Assembly: GCA_951804945.1 (NCBI GenBank)
Contig: OX638154.1
Location: 62,372,001 to 62,436,000, forward strand
Length of the DNA stretch: 64,000 nucleotides
Source of the DNA: Podarcis cretensis
Taxonomy: Eukaryota
Reading direction: 5' to 3'
A model generated the notes under the pieces. That model saw only the letters and a program-made list of their open reading frames with translations. It was not told the origin of the DNA and did no database searches. The translations under genes and the position numbers were made by a program. Positions 40,951 through 54,078 of the stretch are shown piece after piece. Position 1 is the stretch's first letter. Every line of letters starts with the position of its first letter.

Positions 40951-41142
40951 CATAATAGCGAATTCCTAGGGGCTGAGGACCATTTGGGCCCCCCATAAAA
41001 ATATTTGATGGGGCCACCCCCCAAATTGATGGGCATTTTCATTCAAATGCTGTGTGTGCACCGTGTTACGTGATCGATTATGCAGGGCAGGGCTTACTTA
41101 CCTGCCCCCCCCCCAATATTTTATTCAAGTCGCCCCCGCCTG
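40951..41142. mobile_element. Decayed non-autonomous hAT-type element
   Basis: GC-rich block with 8-bp flanks ATGCCCAA / TAGCCCAA. TIRs are poor. Confidence 0.45.
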
Positions 41143-42899
41143 TAGCCCAACTAGTATGAAATGAAGGATTTGTTTCATTTTGTTAAAAAGAGAAATCTTT
41201 ATTACAATCTGTCTAATGTCAGTGAAACACCAATGCAAAATGCTGCTACTTTATTTTGGTTTAATCTTCATTCAGCTATTGCTTTGTACTGCCAAGTTAT
41301 ATATACACCCAACGTATTAAGCATGCTTCCAGACTAATGCAGTCTATTCTCCTGTTCACGTAGTGACTTTCAAAACTTTTATTGAAGCAGTTCTTTGTGG
41401 TTTACAAATGCAGTGCATAGGCATAGAAAGATATAAAAGTTTAATAGTGCTGGTTGAGAGAGGATGTCTATATACTTGGTCAGAAATAAACCCTAATGTG
41501 AGAGGAGCGATAGCATACAACCCCAATGGACTTCTGTGATGCAGTGTGGTGAAGTGGAAGAAAATCAGCAAAATTCAAAAAAATTCCAGATACATTGGCT
41601 TATAGAGGAATAAATGTGAACATATGACATTTTCCCAGTATTCCAATTCCAATATTATTGTTGCTGGGTCCTCCCAATTCCAGCAGATGCATTTTGGAGT
41701 GCTGTCTTCAATAGGTTTGTGTGAGTTACTTGGAAAACCACCCGGATAGTGCCCTATTCATGAAGAAGGTAACAGAGTACAGAGCTATTCGGTAGACATA
41801 GCAAATAAAATTTAAAACTGTTATCTGTACCATAGGGCTATTTAACTGCATGGTACCATAGAAGAAAATATCTGAGTCTTTGCCACATTTTCTTCTATAA
41901 TTACTATCATTGTCACTTGAGTATCCATGCATATTTCATTTTTCCTTGTGCCGCCCATGTCTCCTGCCATTAATTATGGAGGAGTGAATAAACTTGCCCA
42001 TTTTGGAGGAATTGGTGTGCAGGGGTTGATTCCTGTTCAGTGTGGAGAAATATGAGATGCATACGAGATGCATACAGGAATATCGTGTTACTCACGGAAA
42101 GGTGGTAGTCAAACCATGGTATCTTAGTTTCAGCCTCCTTTACCTTCCCTAATACAAAGGTTCTGCTTGTAGTATTGTTGTAGGGGTTATTGAGAGCCAG
42201 TCTGTACATAATTTTAATCCATTGCATGTGAATTCACTATCTTAGATTCCTAAAATTGCCCTGGAGTCACATTTGAATGACCAGTTTTCACTTAGAAAGG
42301 ACAAAATGAAAATGTTAGTTTACATGAAAGCAAATGACTTAAAAATCATATTTCTCAATTGAGCCAAAAAAATGACATACACAAGGGCTGCAAGAGCATC
42401 ATCATTATATTATTGCCCATTTATAGCCCAAAATAAAACTGGTCCCTATGTGGAAACCAGAATTATGCAGAATGTCAGTTAAATCAACTGTAATCTCCCA
42501 AATACATTTTTTATTGCTCGATTCATTAGAAAGGCTCTTAAGGTAATGAATAGTCGTCACTTTTACCAAGGACTTCTGGCTCCTTTATAAATGATGACCA
42601 CTAAAAATGCAGAAAAGACATTTTAAAATCTGGCTGCATTTAAGCTCTGCCTTTATATTTGAAGTGGTACAGAACTCAATATGACTTGATGTATTATAAA
42701 AATCAGTACCTAGAACATCAGGCACATACTCTAGTATGTATAGATTTTGGGAATACTTTTTTTTTTTTTTTTTTTTGAGTGGGGAAGATTTTTTCTTTTT
42801 AAAAATAAAGAGCTATATTAAAATAATTGAAGTTTCTATATAAATAAATTTATAAATTTGAACTGTGTTTATCTAAGTCCAAAAATCAATCCCTTATAA

Positions 42900-43148
<249 letters not shown>

Positions 43149-46100
43149 TAACCATGAAATTATGCTAACAAGTGTTTTTTACATATATAAAAACAGGGCC
43201 TTAAGTTTTCACTGCTACAAACTGACTATGAAGAGTGATCCAGCCAAAGATATGCATGTTCAGGTCCCACCGAATGTGACTGAAGTTCAGTTAATGTGCT
43301 TTTAAACTGCTTTATTTTTACATGCTAAACTTTCTGACTTGTAGCCAGTTGTATTAGCAGCTCATTGCCATGTTGGTCATTAGCGCAACTGTAGCTTTCT
43401 AGGCAAAATATCGTATCATAGAATATTGTGTGTTAACCCAGGATATAATGCTGGCAGCAGCCACTACCTTTTTATAATGGGATTGCTCAGAGAAGGTATT
43501 GCTGCTGCTTCTTTTGACTAACAGCAGCTTAGTGTTATGTCCTAATCAAGGCAAATTTGAGGTTAGACTTAACCATGGTTTACGCAAACCATTGTTTATG
43601 AAACCATTGTTTCAATAAACCATGATTAAGATGAACAACAATTTAGGGGCTGGATATAATTCTAAAGTGCAATTAATTGATAATGTATGCAAAAGCTTCT
43701 AATCTCTTAGCAGCCACTTCACAAAAGAAGAGAGGGGAAATCACATTAGCTCTGAGATTTGGTCACATAAAGCTAGGCCATATTTCACTTATTTAGAAAT
43801 TTTCTCAATTGCTTTATATTGAAAAGAATCTTAAAGTGATGTACAAAAAGAGAAAGCAATATAATACAATTTATTGGTAATCTGATAAAAAACTATTTCA
43901 AAATTAGCAATGACCTGGATTGTCCTTCCAGGAAGGTCTGGTAAAATAAAAATATAGGGGCTGCTATACTAAAGCACTGCACTATGTCACCACATAGGTG
44001 ACCTCAGTGGCATGCAGCATTTCAAAAAGAACCTACCCTCATGACCACAGTGACCATACCAATATAGAGAAAGTAAGGTAGTCCTCAGGAACCCGAACCC
44101 CAATTTATTAAGGACCTTTTAGACCAATACTTAAATCTGACCTAGTAGCATATTGGCAGCAGTGTAGTGCCCTTAGTACAGGCAATACGTTCTTCCAGTT
44201 GGCAGCCAAGCAGTCATGTTCTGGACTAGCTTCTGGATCAAGTCTACAGGCAGCCACAATTGAGAATAAAATGACAGTAATTGGTGGCATCCCAACCCAA
44301 CATCCAGTATAACAGCATTTTGTGTGAACTGAACTTCTAATTCATCCTTTAGGAAGACTTTCACCTGCCGTGGTCCCAAAGATTCAGCTTCATGCTTTCT
44401 GACTTCAGCACTTCCAAGGTTAACAAAATACCTTGTAATTTTTATTAATTATTTCTTTAGACAGGAGAGTAAGGAACAGCTGTTTCAGATCAGCCACATT
44501 CACTTTCTTTTAAAAAATGACTTTCTTATAGCACTTTAGATTAAGCTGACCAGTACTTGAACTCAAGAAGATAAAAGTACAGATTCTTATAGTTTGTTAT
44601 TCCTGAGAATTGTTATCTTTTCTCCTTATCTCTCTGAAAAATTAAACAGTGCTCCAAGATTTTTGGTTGAGCAATCTCAGGTTGTTGTTTTTGTCAAACT
44701 TAGTAATTATCTTCAGGTTATTGGAATAACACTCCATTTGTATGCAGAAATGATTAACTCTGTGTACAACCTTATCTAAAATAATGCTTGGCTTTCTTGC
44801 GAACAGTAGGGCAGAACTGAAGAGTAATGATTTCCCCAGTTGTTTTTATCCTTTACATTTCCAATATGTATAATACAGTGTAAACAGTTGCTTTTAGCAC
44901 TCAGTTTGTTACCTCAACCTGATAAAACAACAACAGCATTGCTTTGGATCCAAACTATAGCGTTGGATCTAAAAGCCATGAGCAGAAAAACAATATCCAC
45001 TAAAGCAGTTCTGCAAATATTTAAGAGTGCATGCAGTGTTATAATAAGTAGGTTCTTTTATAGCAGTTTTCATGTGTCTGCTTGGGCAGGAGATTACACA
45101 AGATATGGCAAAAATGGAATAACATATTGAAGTTTGGACTACACAGTTACTAGAAAGTAAAACCCAATTTAGAGGAACTTAGACTGCTTTCTCCTCCCAC
45201 AATCTACTTTGAGGGACTTCTGGTTGCCCAGTTCAGAGTGGGAGATACTAAGGACTGCAGCAGAGAAGGGTAATCCTCAAAAAAATTGTTCTCCTCTTCC
45301 ACCAGACGACTCTTGCAGGAGTAGCACAAGGAGAATCAATTGGATACCACCTATTGCTTATAAGCAGTAGAGCTATATTCTTTAAGTTATTATTAATCAG
45401 ATGACTGACTTCACTCTACTCAGGAGATTTCATTCACTGGATACAGGAAGTCAAAGTGGTCTGGTATGATGCTGGCTACACCACTTCTTTAAGCACCTAA
45501 CGCCACAAAAATTGGCTGAACTTATGACTTATGATTTCTTATGAGTCACTTCGGAACAGTATCATAGCCTTGCAAACTTATGAGTAATAGCATTCCTTGA
45601 AGTCAACAAAGCCTCTCAAAGGAATTAAATGGATTTAGCATGTTTTAAGCTTCAGATCCCATGTGAAATATGCATTCTGCAGCATCCTGGAACTAAAGAT
45701 TTCCACTATACATATTCTCTACATTTAAAGAAAGAGTTTTTAATCTTCATCCAGTTACAGAATACTAAAGAATATTGTCAGCATTTTTCACAAAATCAAA
45801 CCACCTGATTCATTCACAGTTTGTTCTCATTCAGCTGTGTCATGGTGCATATTTGTACCATCATATGATATTAAATATTTAAAACAAAGCAGATAGTGTT
45901 TTCTAACAGAATGATATTAAAAAATTGAAACTCTGAGCTGTACAGCTCTTATGAGGATCAACAATGGCTAATTATTAAAAGGAAAGTTGGGATTATTTCA
46001 AAATGTGAAATGTCAGTTTTACTTTCTCCTCAATTTTCTCGTTTCTTAGTAAGAATAATGTATAATGTAAGGTTGAAGTCTTAAACCCAGTATTGATTTC

Positions 46101-46489
46101 AGTAATTTTGAAGATTGCGGCCTAAGTCCATTTGAAACCTTGGTATGGAGGTTGCCCCAACTCTTAGAGGCAAATCCAAGGTCCTAGTGAAGATTAAAAA
46201 CAGTAGAGCTATAAGAATATTGTCACTGCAAAGGTGATGCAGCTTAAGGTTTTTTATTATAATCGGTTCAGGGATCTGCTCTTGTGCATAAGATACAAAC
46301 TTCCAGGAAAATAATAGAAGGCAATGACCTTGTTTGCAAGTAATGCCAAACCAAGGAGGTTTGAGCTGCAACACATTTTCGGTTCATGCACCTCCTTCTC
46401 CTCTGGCATGGGAGTGAGGAGAAGAATGGAAACTCCCACTGCTATTTTGGAAACTCAAACTTCTATTTTAGAATAACTGCCATTTGTCT

Positions 46490-46627
46490 GTTGTCCAAAC
46501 CTAGAAAATGGTGGTTAAAGTTAACTGTGGTTAGCTAAAACAAACCAGTTTCAAACCATAGTTTATGAAACTGTATTGTTTCAAGTTGCCATAATTGGAA
46601 TCACCCCAAGTATAGGGTTTGGACAAC
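46490..46627. mobile_element. Small MITE-like inverted-repeat element
   Basis: Perfect 12-bp terminal inverted repeat GTTGTCCAAACC / GGTTTGGACAAC and internal AAACCA(T)AGTTT motifs, similar to 43569-43630. Confidence 0.55.
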
Positions 46628-47101
46628 ATACTAAACTAAGGTCAACCTAAAATGAAAGCAAAAGTTTCCTTACTACAGCATAGGAGGAGAGAGGAGCATG
46701 CAAGCCCAAGCCTTTCTGAGGCTCATATGTCCAAATTTGCCTGATGCCTTCAGTTTTCATATAAGGAAAAGGGGGTGGGGGAGTTGATAAGTTTCTCCTT
46801 TTTTCAGTTAACAAAGAAATGGCTTCCATAAACTTGATTGTCCATCTGCAGTTCCCTGTACCATAACCAATGCCGTTCCCAAGGGCCACCCAAATCTTGG
46901 GAGTAGATTTTCAGGGAGCTGAAGAGGGGAGGAGAAGGGGTGAATGTTCTTCTTCATAAATGTATAGCTTCTTCCATTTATAGAAAGGACACTAGCATCC
47001 AAATCTCTTTATAAAAAGATTCATTTCAATTTCAGCTGCCTGTTTGTTTGTGTTTTTCTTTAGCACTGATCAACTGTTCTCTTGGGACAAGAGGCAGCTA
47101 A

Positions 47102-47428
<327 letters not shown>

Positions 47429-48430
47429 TAGTGCACGCTAAGAGCACACATTAAGGCCACAACAGCAACAAAAAGCAAACATTAATTCCTTCTGGACAGA
47501 AGTAAGATAGATTCCCAAAACTGTTTTTTTTTTTTTTTTGCTTTGGTAAATGTTTTATAATATCCTATGCCTCACGAAGATACAGCACAGCTTTGGAGTG
47601 TGTTTAAAAATAACAGCAAATGAATTTAATGCATTCTTTTCTGTGTTTCTTTTTCCCTTGCTATTAATTCTTTATTATATTAATTGTCACACAGAAACAT
47701 GATATATAGCCAAGAAGCTCGAGACATGGTTAACCTGGGTTTTGGGGATTTTGTTTGATGATTTCTGGATTTTTGGTTATGTTGATTTTAAAAACTTTTT
47801 GACAGTATTCTTTATGACCATCATCAGCACCACCATCAGCACCACCACCTCCATCATCATTATCATTGGTTTTAGTGACCTTGCAGCAGAGATCTAAGCA
47901 TGATCTAAATCATTCATACAGGTAACAGTGATAGTGGGCTCTTCTGTTCTCCAGCAGGGGCAATACAGTAGAGTAATATTTGCTTCTAGAAGCAGCTTTG
48001 ACTCATTACACATGTTCACTATTTAATTCCAAGGATATTTTGTTGCAGAAAAGCAGGAGCTGCTTTAAACCACAAAGGAAAACTCTTCACTGAGTGAAGG
48101 CTGCAATTCTGAATGGTCCTTAGAAAACAGAATAGGACTCACTTCTGTGTAAAGGAGTTTAAAATCTCCCTTTGCTACTCAGTAAGGGAGCAGCAACTTT
48201 ATCCTTGCCATGGAGATGCAGAATTATGGGACTGCAGTGAAGTTGCACACTTCTTAGGGGCTGTGTGGACCCACAGATGGAATTCTGTTTGCACCCCATT
48301 GAGCAAAAGTAACATTACTACAGCACTAAAGAATCATAGAATTGTAAAGTTGGAAGGTACCACAAAGGACATCTAGTCCAGACTCGTGCAATGCAGGAAT
48401 CTTTTAGCCCAACAATGGGTTCAAACCCCT

Positions 48431-48913
48431 AATTATTATTATTATTATTTTATTACCGTATTTACTTGAATCTAATGCTCACCTTTTTTGGGCCAAATTA
48501 CGTTGCGAAAATTAAGGTGTGCATTAGATTCAACGGCACATTTACATTCACCAGCAAATACTTTTTTTGGTTTCAAGGTTCTGAAAATTAAGGTGTGCAT
48601 TAGATTCAATGGAGCACTAGACTCAAGTAAATACAGTATTTATACCCCACCCATCTGGCTAGGTTTCCCCAGCCACTCTGGGCGGCTTACAGCCTCTATA
48701 TATAATTGTAGCACATTTAAAACTTCCCTAAACAGGGCTGCCTTCAGATGTCTTCAAAAAGTCAGATAATTGTTTCTTTCCTTGACATCTGATGGGAGGG
48801 CATTCCACAGGGTGGGTGCCACTACCGAGAAGGCCCTCTGCCTGCTTCCCTGTAACCTCACTTCTCACAATGAGGGAACTGCCAGAAGACCCTCAGAGCT
48901 GAATCTCAGTATC
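48431..48913 (-). mobile_element. L2 LINE 3' fragment with (AAT)n tail
   Basis: Minus strand encodes an L2-type ORF2 end (approximately RQRAFSVVAPTLWNAPPSDVK-like, then TF..HLKAALFREV) followed by a 3' UTR and (AAT)n. Confidence 0.8.
48456..48636. mobile_element. pogo/Tc2-type MITE, 181 bp, inserted in the L2 tail
   Basis: TIRs CCGTATTTACTTGAATCTAATGC / GCACTAGACTCAAGTAAATACAG, TA flanks, internal direct repeat GAAAATTAAGGTGTGCATTAGATTCAA. Confidence 0.88.
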
Positions 48914-51900
48914 CAACCCTGAGATTAACATTTTCATTCTCTACCAATTGAGTTATATCTTTTATATAGCTGCAGTCTGGAATCAGCATAAGAAACTATG
49001 TGTCATCCAGGTCTAACAGTTGAGTTGTTAGCTGAGCAAAGAAAGTATAAACCACAGCCACTTCATTGAAGCCCAATGTTTTTTGCAGTGTAACACATTA
49101 GCTCTGAAATGTGTCTAGGTCCATATGAGTAAATAAAGAATTTCCACATGTTGGCTTTATTTTTATTTTCCTCTCCAAGTGGGTGTAAACTGTTAATCAT
49201 ATACTAACAACAGGAAGATTTAAAAAGCACTATTTAAACTCAGATAAGCACCTACTTTGGCAGCTAGGAAGATGATGGTCATGTCTTCCTAGGACTATCT
49301 AGTAAAAGTTTATCTAGCTGAAGGATTTTTTCATACTGGGCTAATGTGGGTGAATCCTGGGTACATAATAATCTGCTTGAAATATTATTGTGCCTGCCTG
49401 TGGTGAAACATTTGTGTGAAGCAGCCATTGCAAAACCATCAGAATATATATTTTCTTCATGCATAGCTTGGGTTTTCTTGATACAAGAGTTTTATTTTGC
49501 TCTGTTTTATGCATAGGCCTGGAGAAGTGGGTTTTCACATGTACGTATGTAAAATAGACCCAATTTACAAAATTTACAAAATACCTAATAGCACAGTTTT
49601 GTGACCTGCATAAATTCAGCCTGTTTTCACATTGTCCATAATTTATTTCAGCTTCTGCTAGTCGTTTAGGCACGAACTGAAATCCCACTCTTTGTAGTCC
49701 TTATTAGTTCCCTTTTAGCTTCTTGAATTTCACCATGCAAATTTCCAGACGTGTCTTCATTGCTGTTATGAGCAAGAAACTCAAGTTTTAAATAAATAAA
49801 TAAATGATTCCCAGGATGCTGAATTCTATAGTCCAGACCAATTTCCATAGTTGAACAGCTGTAGAGTCTGATGCAAGGATACAGGCTGCCCCACATTTAC
49901 CTCCTGAGAATCTTCCTGCGAGCTGCAGGTGGGAATTTCCCATAATCACAAACCAGTCATAAATTAACATTGGACATAGTAGATGTATCATGCAGAAGAG
50001 GAAAATTAAAGTCAGGTGAGCGGATAGAATCTGCCACCAAAGCCAGCAGATCTGTTTACCAGACACTTGCCGTTTGTCTCTTAGAAGAATACGGTCTTCT
50101 TCCACAACTGTAAAATGCTGCTGATCTTTCATTTCCTTTATGCAGCGGCCTTGGTACTTAAAGCACGTTCTTGGCACAAGCCCATTTTCTTATGTTTGCA
50201 GCATGCTTTATGGTAGAAGGTGTTGATCTAGTGCAAAATTGTGGTCTTTCAGATGTGTCCTGTCAAGTTCTGTTGTTTGCATCTTAGTAAAAAAAGGTGT
50301 TTGAAGGGAGTTAAATGTTAGCACCAGTCATATCAGAATAGTGTAGCTATTCATATCCTACATACCTTCCTTCTTGTGAGGAAGAAGCTGCACACTGTAT
50401 TAGATTACTGCTGCCTGGAATTCTGCTTTGCCAGCATTTATCCTTGTTGACTCTCCAGTTCTTTGACAGTAATCATTCTCCCAGAAAAGTAAGGAATTTG
50501 AAGACTACCCTTCACACCACAGAAAATTAAAAGTAATTCATACTGAAGAAGTTGCTTGTGACTTGCACCTTTCTATATACTGAGTTCAGACTTCAAGTTT
50601 GATATTGCAGACTCTGATAGGTAATAACTCTAGAAGGCCTGAGGCAAAGATCCTTCCTAGTTCTGCTACGTGGGATAATTCAGCTAGGAATGCCATCCGT
50701 TGCACTTGATATTATATGCGTAAAACAGATGCTGTTCCACTGAGCTATGGCTTCCCCCTGTTGCATAGCAAAAGGAAAGATGGGTCATATACTCCTAATA
50801 AAAACAGAAAAAACAGGTATTTCTATTGCATCACAGCAGCACTAGAGCTGTGTGTCTATCGATCATCTCACACAGCTTAGAAGGCAAAATATACTTAACC
50901 TTCAAAGACTTAGTGCAGATCAGTATTGTTGACTTCATTGACTTGTGAGGTCGGTAATTACCTGAAGTCTGAAGTCAGTAATTCCTTTGTTACCTGAATG
51001 GTGTCGGAGACACTATGGCGATGGGAAGGTTTGGAAATGGTAAAGCCTGTAAATTACATTTCCTTTTTGTCTTGTGCCTTTTTATTCCTGTTTTTCTAAT
51101 AATCATGCCTTTTGAAGCATGATCCTGAGGGTGAAGAAAGTTTGTGACTTTGATCTCCAAGTGTAATGTTAAAAATATATTCGTTTCAGAAGCTTTGTTC
51201 AGATAGGCCAAAATTGCTGCTGTGTGAATGGTCTGAGACCATTTGCTCTACATTTCCTTTTTGTTAGGAAAGCCTAATACGATAGACCATGTTTACAGTA
51301 TGGCTGTTAGACACATTCAGAAATAGAAAAAGAGTTTCTAAAAAGAAATAATTAAGATGTGACTTCAAAATTTGCTATAAACTTATTGCTATAAATGCAA
51401 TAAATATTTGGAAACTTACATAAAAATGTGACTTACAGCACCTGTGGTCAGGAGACAATAAAACCCCTTCTAAACATTGAATCCTGAAGAGCATTTGAGC
51501 ACCTCAAATAAGATTTTGCCCTGTTCTCAACCAGCTCTTCTGTTCCATTGCAAGGGGATGCTTTGCAGTTGATTGAGGTAGGATAATGTACCTCAATAGA
51601 ACAGTGTAGAATATACCATAGTACAACATTCTGTTGGTAGATCATAGTGCCTTCCGTTCTACCATGTCCCATTGTCCCCCCCCCCCCCCCGATGCTTAGG
51701 AAAGGAAGTCTACTCTGGTTGGCAGTGGTTCTCTGATTTTAAGTAGAACTTTCTCGTTGCATGTGAAATACATAAGGAAGCTAGATTAATACTGTACACA
51801 CAACATACTATGTGCGTTATCAGACATCATGTGTGTCTAATTCTTGTGCTAATGCTTTTTTTAAAAAAAAATGTAGTTCCTTTGAAATTTATTGTTTAAT

Positions 51901-52551
51901 GGGACATGAACAGTTGGCCATCTGTCCAATAGTACTCTGATGAAAAGCTCACACAAAATCATGGCAGATCTCCAACGACTGTATATTGGCTGCTTAATCA
52001 CACTGCATCTTTGGATGACTTAACTAACCTTCTGTAAGGCTTACAGCACAATCCTTGGTGTGTTTACTCAGACGTAAGTGCCGTTATGCACAATGGGGCT
52101 TTCTCTCAGGTGAGAACACATAGGATTGCACCCTGTGCCTGTTACTTTGAAAGCTATGGGCACCATCTTGTTAATATCAACAATTATGTTAGTAGAAAGT
52201 GATGTAACTAAGGGCATGGTCTCCATAGAATGAATGGTTTCCCTTCTTTTAAATTGTTTGTTTTTCATAATTATTTCACTAAAGTTTGTGTGTCTTACTC
52301 CAGATATTTTTTTTACCATGCCATTTTGTGTTGATAAGAAATACTGTTTCTTATTGCCCAATTATGTCCATATTTATATTGCCATCATTCAAAACCCAGT
52401 TTCCCCAAGTCAGATTCTTGACCCCTCCAACGTGAGCTCATTTCTGTGTTCAGCATTTGTTTAGGTGGCTCCAAGACCGGTGTTGTTTTTGGTGTTGTCT
52501 GTCTGTGATCTAGTGCTGCTTCCTGAACGCATGTGTCCCTTCCCTTCACAG

Positions 52552-52643
52552 CCTACTCGACACCCAGCACCTCCCCTGCAAACCGATTCGTCACTGTTGG
52601 ACCACGGGATCCAAGCTTTGTAAATATCCCTCAACAGACACAG
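52552..52643 (+). CDS. NFIA: NFIA coding exon 10, 92 nt
   Basis: Acceptor cccttcccttcacAG and donor CAG|GTGGGA. Translates (T)YSTPSTSPANRFVTVGPRDPSFVNIPQQTQ. The terminal SWYLG exon was not seen before 64000. Confidence 0.96.
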
Positions 52644-54057
52644 GTGGGAAGCTTTCGACTTCTGCTTTGTTTGCTGTGCTGCTTGTTAACTCTTTGGTGC
52701 ACTTTGGTGTTGCTACGGAAAGTGACATGTGTCTCTCCACCAGTCAGTTCATCTTCATGGTCTGAGTAACAGTGAAATGTCATTGCCAGTATTTGTTTGT
52801 ATGTTTTGTTTTCCAAAAAATCCTGTGGCAACAATGCTACATTCAAATTCAATCTTATAAACTTTAATTCTGTCTTTCTGACACTCACAATTTTCTTTCT
52901 GACACACAGAATTGTTTTTTTTCTGCAGCCCACTTTTTCAGGGTCTTTTATGGCAAGCCAAGACACTGGTCACTTGTGGTCACTTCCACAAGGGAAATCA
53001 AAATGTATAGAATGTCCCGTTCTCTACACTTACATCACATGCCATTATACATGTTCAAACACTAATATTTCCCCTCTTTCTAAGCTATACCATGCCCACT
53101 GTTTTCTTGTGCAAGAGGGACTTTGTATCTTCAAGAGAAGAACCCCAGGGCCATTTTTTTCTCTTTGATAAACATGACAGTCAGCAGCTGAATTTATTAG
53201 ATCATTCAAATTAATAGCCATATTTTAAAAGCAGCTGCTTCATGCATCATAGGCTGTGTTAACCCAAATTCACAGATTATTTTTTAAAATTGTTTTTAAA
53301 GACCTCAAACTGAGACATATATGGTTACATCCAAAGTAGTGCCAATGGAGTGCCACTGTTACAGCAATACTTCAGTTTTGTCTCCTTCTGCTCTGGAGCT
53401 GGTTTTGAGGACATGTTTGGGGCTGCCAAGGAGAAGAAGTGAAAGTTTTGTTCTGCTAGTTCAAACCTCTTGCTCCAGTGGAATAGGAGTGATGGATAGT
53501 GCCCAAAACAACATTATTAACAACATTTCTAAAAACTAGCCTAAGGCTAGCTATAGGCATACGTACTTTGGAAATATGTCCAGATAATTGAAACATACTT
53601 CTGATTAAATATACTTAAATGTACTTGGGAGTTTGAGCTTGTTCCAGCACCTCGTCAGTTAGGCCAGGTGATACTCAGAGCAGTTTCTAAAGGCTTTATT
53701 ACATATGGAAGTGATGTTGTCTTTGACAGTCCTAACCCAGTGGATCAAGAATTCATTAGAGGAAACAGAGCACAGAATCTATGTTGAGATGGAAGATAAT
53801 GGTTTTGCGTTCCGGTGCTTTCGCCAAGATTCATGATTTCTCGACTGCACAGAAAACCCATAAATTATCAGATCAAGCATCTTTGTTGCAGCTGCTGTGG
53901 CACTTGCACAGCAATAAAAATTCCACAAGCAGTTCCTTATACACACACATCCCTCCCAAAGAGTCATTTCTGGTATTTTCTAATTTCACCCAAAGAAGAG
54001 GAAGGTTTGGCTACTACATCAAATTAGAGAAGCCCCGTTATAAAATACCTACATACG

Positions 54058-54078
54058 TGTGTGTGTGTGTGTGTGTGT
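54058..54078. repeat. (GT)n microsatellite, about 10 units
   Basis: Read directly. Confidence 0.9.

Larger units (their letters stand above)
48330..48957 (-). mobile_element. tRNA-Lys-like SINE with CR1-type tail, split in two (48330-48429 and about 48914-48957)
   Basis: The minus strand of the right part reads taactcaattggtagagaatgaaaatgttaatctcagggttgg (tRNA-Lys-like head). The left part holds the decayed B-box and the CR1 tail ...ttccaactttacaattctatgattct. Confidence 0.7.

Noticed and set aside
48914-48957. tRNA genes here and at 58189, 24541 and 60228
   Set aside because: Decayed tRNA-like heads attached to LINE-derived tails with broken stems. These are SINEs.
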